DNA from: an uncultured Bifidobacteriaceae bacterium
GTDB taxonomy: Bacteria > Verrucomicrobiota > Verrucomicrobiia > Limisphaerales > JADLHS01
Assembly: GCA_964574525.1 (NCBI GenBank)
Contig: CAZNOE010000001.1
Span: 23,658-65,052, forward strand
Reading direction: 5' to 3'
DNA: 41,395 nucleotides
The notes beneath the pieces are model-generated. The model ran no database searches and was not told the origin of the DNA. It saw only the letters and a program-made list of their open reading frames with translations. A program made the position numbers and the translations under genes. This document shows, in pieces, positions 39,166 to 41,395 of this stretch. Within the stretch, counting starts at the first letter, position 1, and every line of letters begins with the position of its first letter.

Positions 39166-40422
39166 ATGCAAAAGCAAATCGTGATTCTCGTTCTCGGATT
39201 CACTTTGACCTTGTCGAGCCTCAACTCGACTCAGGCTGCAGCGTTTGACTGGCCCCAATGGCGGGGCCCCGATCGCACCGACGTGTCGAAGGAAACCGGT
39301 TTGCTCAAGGAATGGCCCGCAACAGGACCGAAGCGACTTTGGCTTTATGAACAGGCCGGGCTGGGGTATGCCGGATTCTCCCTGGCTGATGGGAAACTTT
39401 ATACGATGGGGGCGCGGGCGCAGACCGAATACTTGATTGCGCTGGATGCGGCTACGGGCAAGGAATTGTGGACGTCAGAAATCGGCCCGATGATGGGGAA
39501 CGATCGGGGCGATGGACCACGCGGCACTCCCACTGTGGACGGTGACCGGGTTTATGCACTGGGCGGGAAGGGTGCGCTGATTTGCGCCGCGGCGAAAGAC
39601 GGCCGTCAACTTTGGAAAGCCGCGATGAGTGACTTCGGCGGCAAGTTGCCCAATTGGGGATACGCTGAATCGCCCCTGGTGGACGGAACCAAAGTCATTT
39701 GCACGCCGGGCGAATCTCAAGGTGCCATCGTGGCCCTCGACAAGTTGACCGGCAAGCTGATCTGGCAATCCAAGGAGTTTACGGACGGGGCACAATACAC
39801 TTCACCGATCGTAGCGGAGGTGAACAAAACAAGGCAGTACATCCAACTTACAATGCAACACGTCGTGGGAATCTCTTCCGCGGATGGAAAGGTCTTATGG
39901 CAGTCTCCATGGCCGGGCAAAACCGCTGTGATCCCCACTCCGATTTATCACGATGGCCAGGTGTATGTGACTTCCGGTTACGGTGTGGGTTGCAAACTCG
40001 TCAAGATCGGCAGCGACAACGCGGTGAGTGATGGTTACGAGAACAAGGTCATGAAAAACCACCACGGCGGCGTGATTCTCGTTGGCGACCATGTGTATGG
40101 CCACTCCGACGGCTCGGGATGGATTTGCCAAAACTTCAAGACCGGGGAGGAGGTCTGGAATGATAACAAGGAAAAACTTGGCAAAGGCGCCATTGCCTAC
40201 GCCGACGGAATGTTCTACTGCCTCGAAGAAACCAGCGGCACGGTCGTGCTGATTGAAGCGACCACCGCCGGTTGGAAGGAGCATGGCCGGTTCAAGCTCG
40301 ATCCTCAAACCAAACAGCGCAGTCCCAAAGGCAAGGTTTGGACGCACCCGGTCATTTCAAATGGACGGCTGTACCTGCGCGATCAGGAACTGGTCTTCTG
40401 TTACGACGTGAAAAAGCGTTAA
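39166..40422 (+). CDS. PQQ-binding-like beta-propeller protein (PVC type)
   Basis: DWPQWRGPDR start, ALDAATGKELW-type repeats, WTHPVISNGRLYLRD. Confidence 0.9.
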   Translation: MQKQIVILVLGFTLTLSSLNSTQAAAFDWPQWRGPDRTDVSKETGLLKEWPATGPKRLWLYEQAGLGYAGFSLADGKLYTMGARAQTEYLIALDAATGKELWTSEIGPMMGNDRGDGPRGTPTVDGDRVYALGGKGALICAAAKDGRQLWKAAMSDFGGKLPNWGYAESPLVDGTKVICTPGESQGAIVALDKLTGKLIWQSKEFTDGAQYTSPIVAEVNKTRQYIQLTMQHVVGISSADGKVLWQSPWPGKTAVIPTPIYHDGQVYVTSGYGVGCKLVKIGSDNAVSDGYENKVMKNHHGGVILVGDHVYGHSDGSGWICQNFKTGEEVWNDNKEKLGKGAIAYADGMFYCLEETSGTVVLIEATTAGWKEHGRFKLDPQTKQRSPKGKVWTHPVISNGRLYLRDQELVFCYDVKKR

Positions 40423-40453
40423 GCACGAGGCTAATCTCCTCTCACTATTAATA

Positions 40454-41395
40454 ATGGAAAACTCCTCAAGACATGGACTGCACGCAAAGTGGCCTGCCAC
40501 GGCGTGGCCTCACGTTGTGGGTTTCGCCGCCTTGACCTGTGCATTTGTATTGAGCTCGGCCGGCGCGGGACACGCGAGCACTTTCACAAACTCGCTCGGC
40601 ATGAAGTTTGTTCGCATCGAACCCGGGAGCTTTCAGATGGGGCGGTCGGGACGATTGCAACCCGAACTGCTCCCGCTCATCGGGGGCGGCGAGCGCGGTG
40701 GGCGCTTTGATTTTCTGGCGGAGGGCGACTATGACGAGAAACCGGTCCACAAAGTTAAAATCACGAAGCCGTTTTACATGGCCGTCCATGAGGTGACCAA
40801 CAAACGTTATGAACTTTTCGATCCGGAGCATCGGAGATTACGGGGCAAGGAAGGTCTTTCAATGGATGACGACGAGGCGGTCATCTTTGTGAGTTGGTAT
40901 GATGCCCAGGCTTACTGTCGGTGGCTTTCGGACCTGGAAGGTCTGACATACCGGCTGCCGACGGAGGCTGAATGGGAATATGCCTGCCGCGCCGGAACCG
41001 CTTCGCACTTTCATACCGGCGATTTTCTGCCGCCGGAATTTCAGAAGAAGCCCATGAGCGGGGACAAACCCCGCACACAGCTTTTCGTTGGGCGAACGCC
41101 GCCCAATGCCTGGGGACTTTTCGATGTGCATGGCAATGTCGAGGAGTGGTGTCACGACTGGTACGGCCCCTACCAGGCAGGTCCGGCGGTGGATCCGGTG
41201 GGTTATGCAGATGGCGATTTTCGCGTCACCCGTGGCGGCAGTCACGGCACCAAAGATTACTATCTGCGTTCGGAGAATCGTTTGGGCGCGTTCCCGAATG
41301 ACCGGCAATGGTTGATTGGCTTTCGGTTGGTGATTGGCGAGTTGCCCCACACCCCGCCGCTGTCCCCGCCTCCGCTTCCGCTGAATCAGCGGAAT
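40454..41395 (+). CDS. Third FGE-like paralog (partial, runs off the right edge)
   Basis: Absent from the ORF track. Hand translation: MENSSRH...AGHASTFTNSLGMKFVRIEPGSFQMG...RLPTEAEWEYACRAG...HGNVEEW. Confidence 0.87.
   Translation, partial: MENSSRHGLHAKWPATAWPHVVGFAALTCAFVLSSAGAGHASTFTNSLGMKFVRIEPGSFQMGRSGRLQPELLPLIGGGERGGRFDFLAEGDYDEKPVHKVKITKPFYMAVHEVTNKRYELFDPEHRRLRGKEGLSMDDDEAVIFVSWYDAQAYCRWLSDLEGLTYRLPTEAEWEYACRAGTASHFHTGDFLPPEFQKKPMSGDKPRTQLFVGRTPPNAWGLFDVHGNVEEWCHDWYGPYQAGPAVDPVGYADGDFRVTRGGSHGTKDYYLRSENRLGAFPNDRQWLIGFRLVIGELPHTPPLSPPPLPLNQRN

Noticed and set aside
32063-41395. Diversity-generating retroelement targeting the FGE (CLec-fold) domains
   Set aside because: No reverse transcriptase or template repeat in the window; paralog differences do not look adenine-specific and the domains are not C-terminal.

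Overview
A GC-rich accessory locus for secreted carbohydrate/sulfate processing, probably from a Verrucomicrobiota (PVC) bacterium; the taxonomy is inferred from the H-X9-DG pseudopilin, DUF1549/1553/1501 genes and a C-terminal 'YRL' domain. The left arm (- strand) carries a large secreted Ig-repeat protein missed by the ORF track, an M14 peptidase, a Tat oxidoreductase, a lipoprotein, a pseudopilin, a ~950-aa hypothetical protein and a DapA-like aldolase, followed by a divergent LysR. In the centre are two abutting, distantly related mobile-looking elements (about 12502-14142 and 14143-15940). Each encodes a protein with Rep_trans-like motifs (KxYDK..RVLRxE) and a C-terminal wHTH, shows no terminal inverted repeats, and ends in a hairpin, 9-10 nt, then GGACTA; CTA marks all three junctions. 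This candidate rolling-circle/tyrosine transposon pair is the most interesting item. The right arm (+ strand) holds a ~1760-aa surface protein paralogous to the left one, a BNR protein, a block of five damaged genes (22.7-30.6 kb, including a cassette flanked by a ~97-bp direct repeat), a sulfatase, four FGE-domain fusion proteins and a PQQ-like propeller. No rRNA, tRNA or CRISPR array was seen. All family calls come from motif recognition by eye, not database searches.
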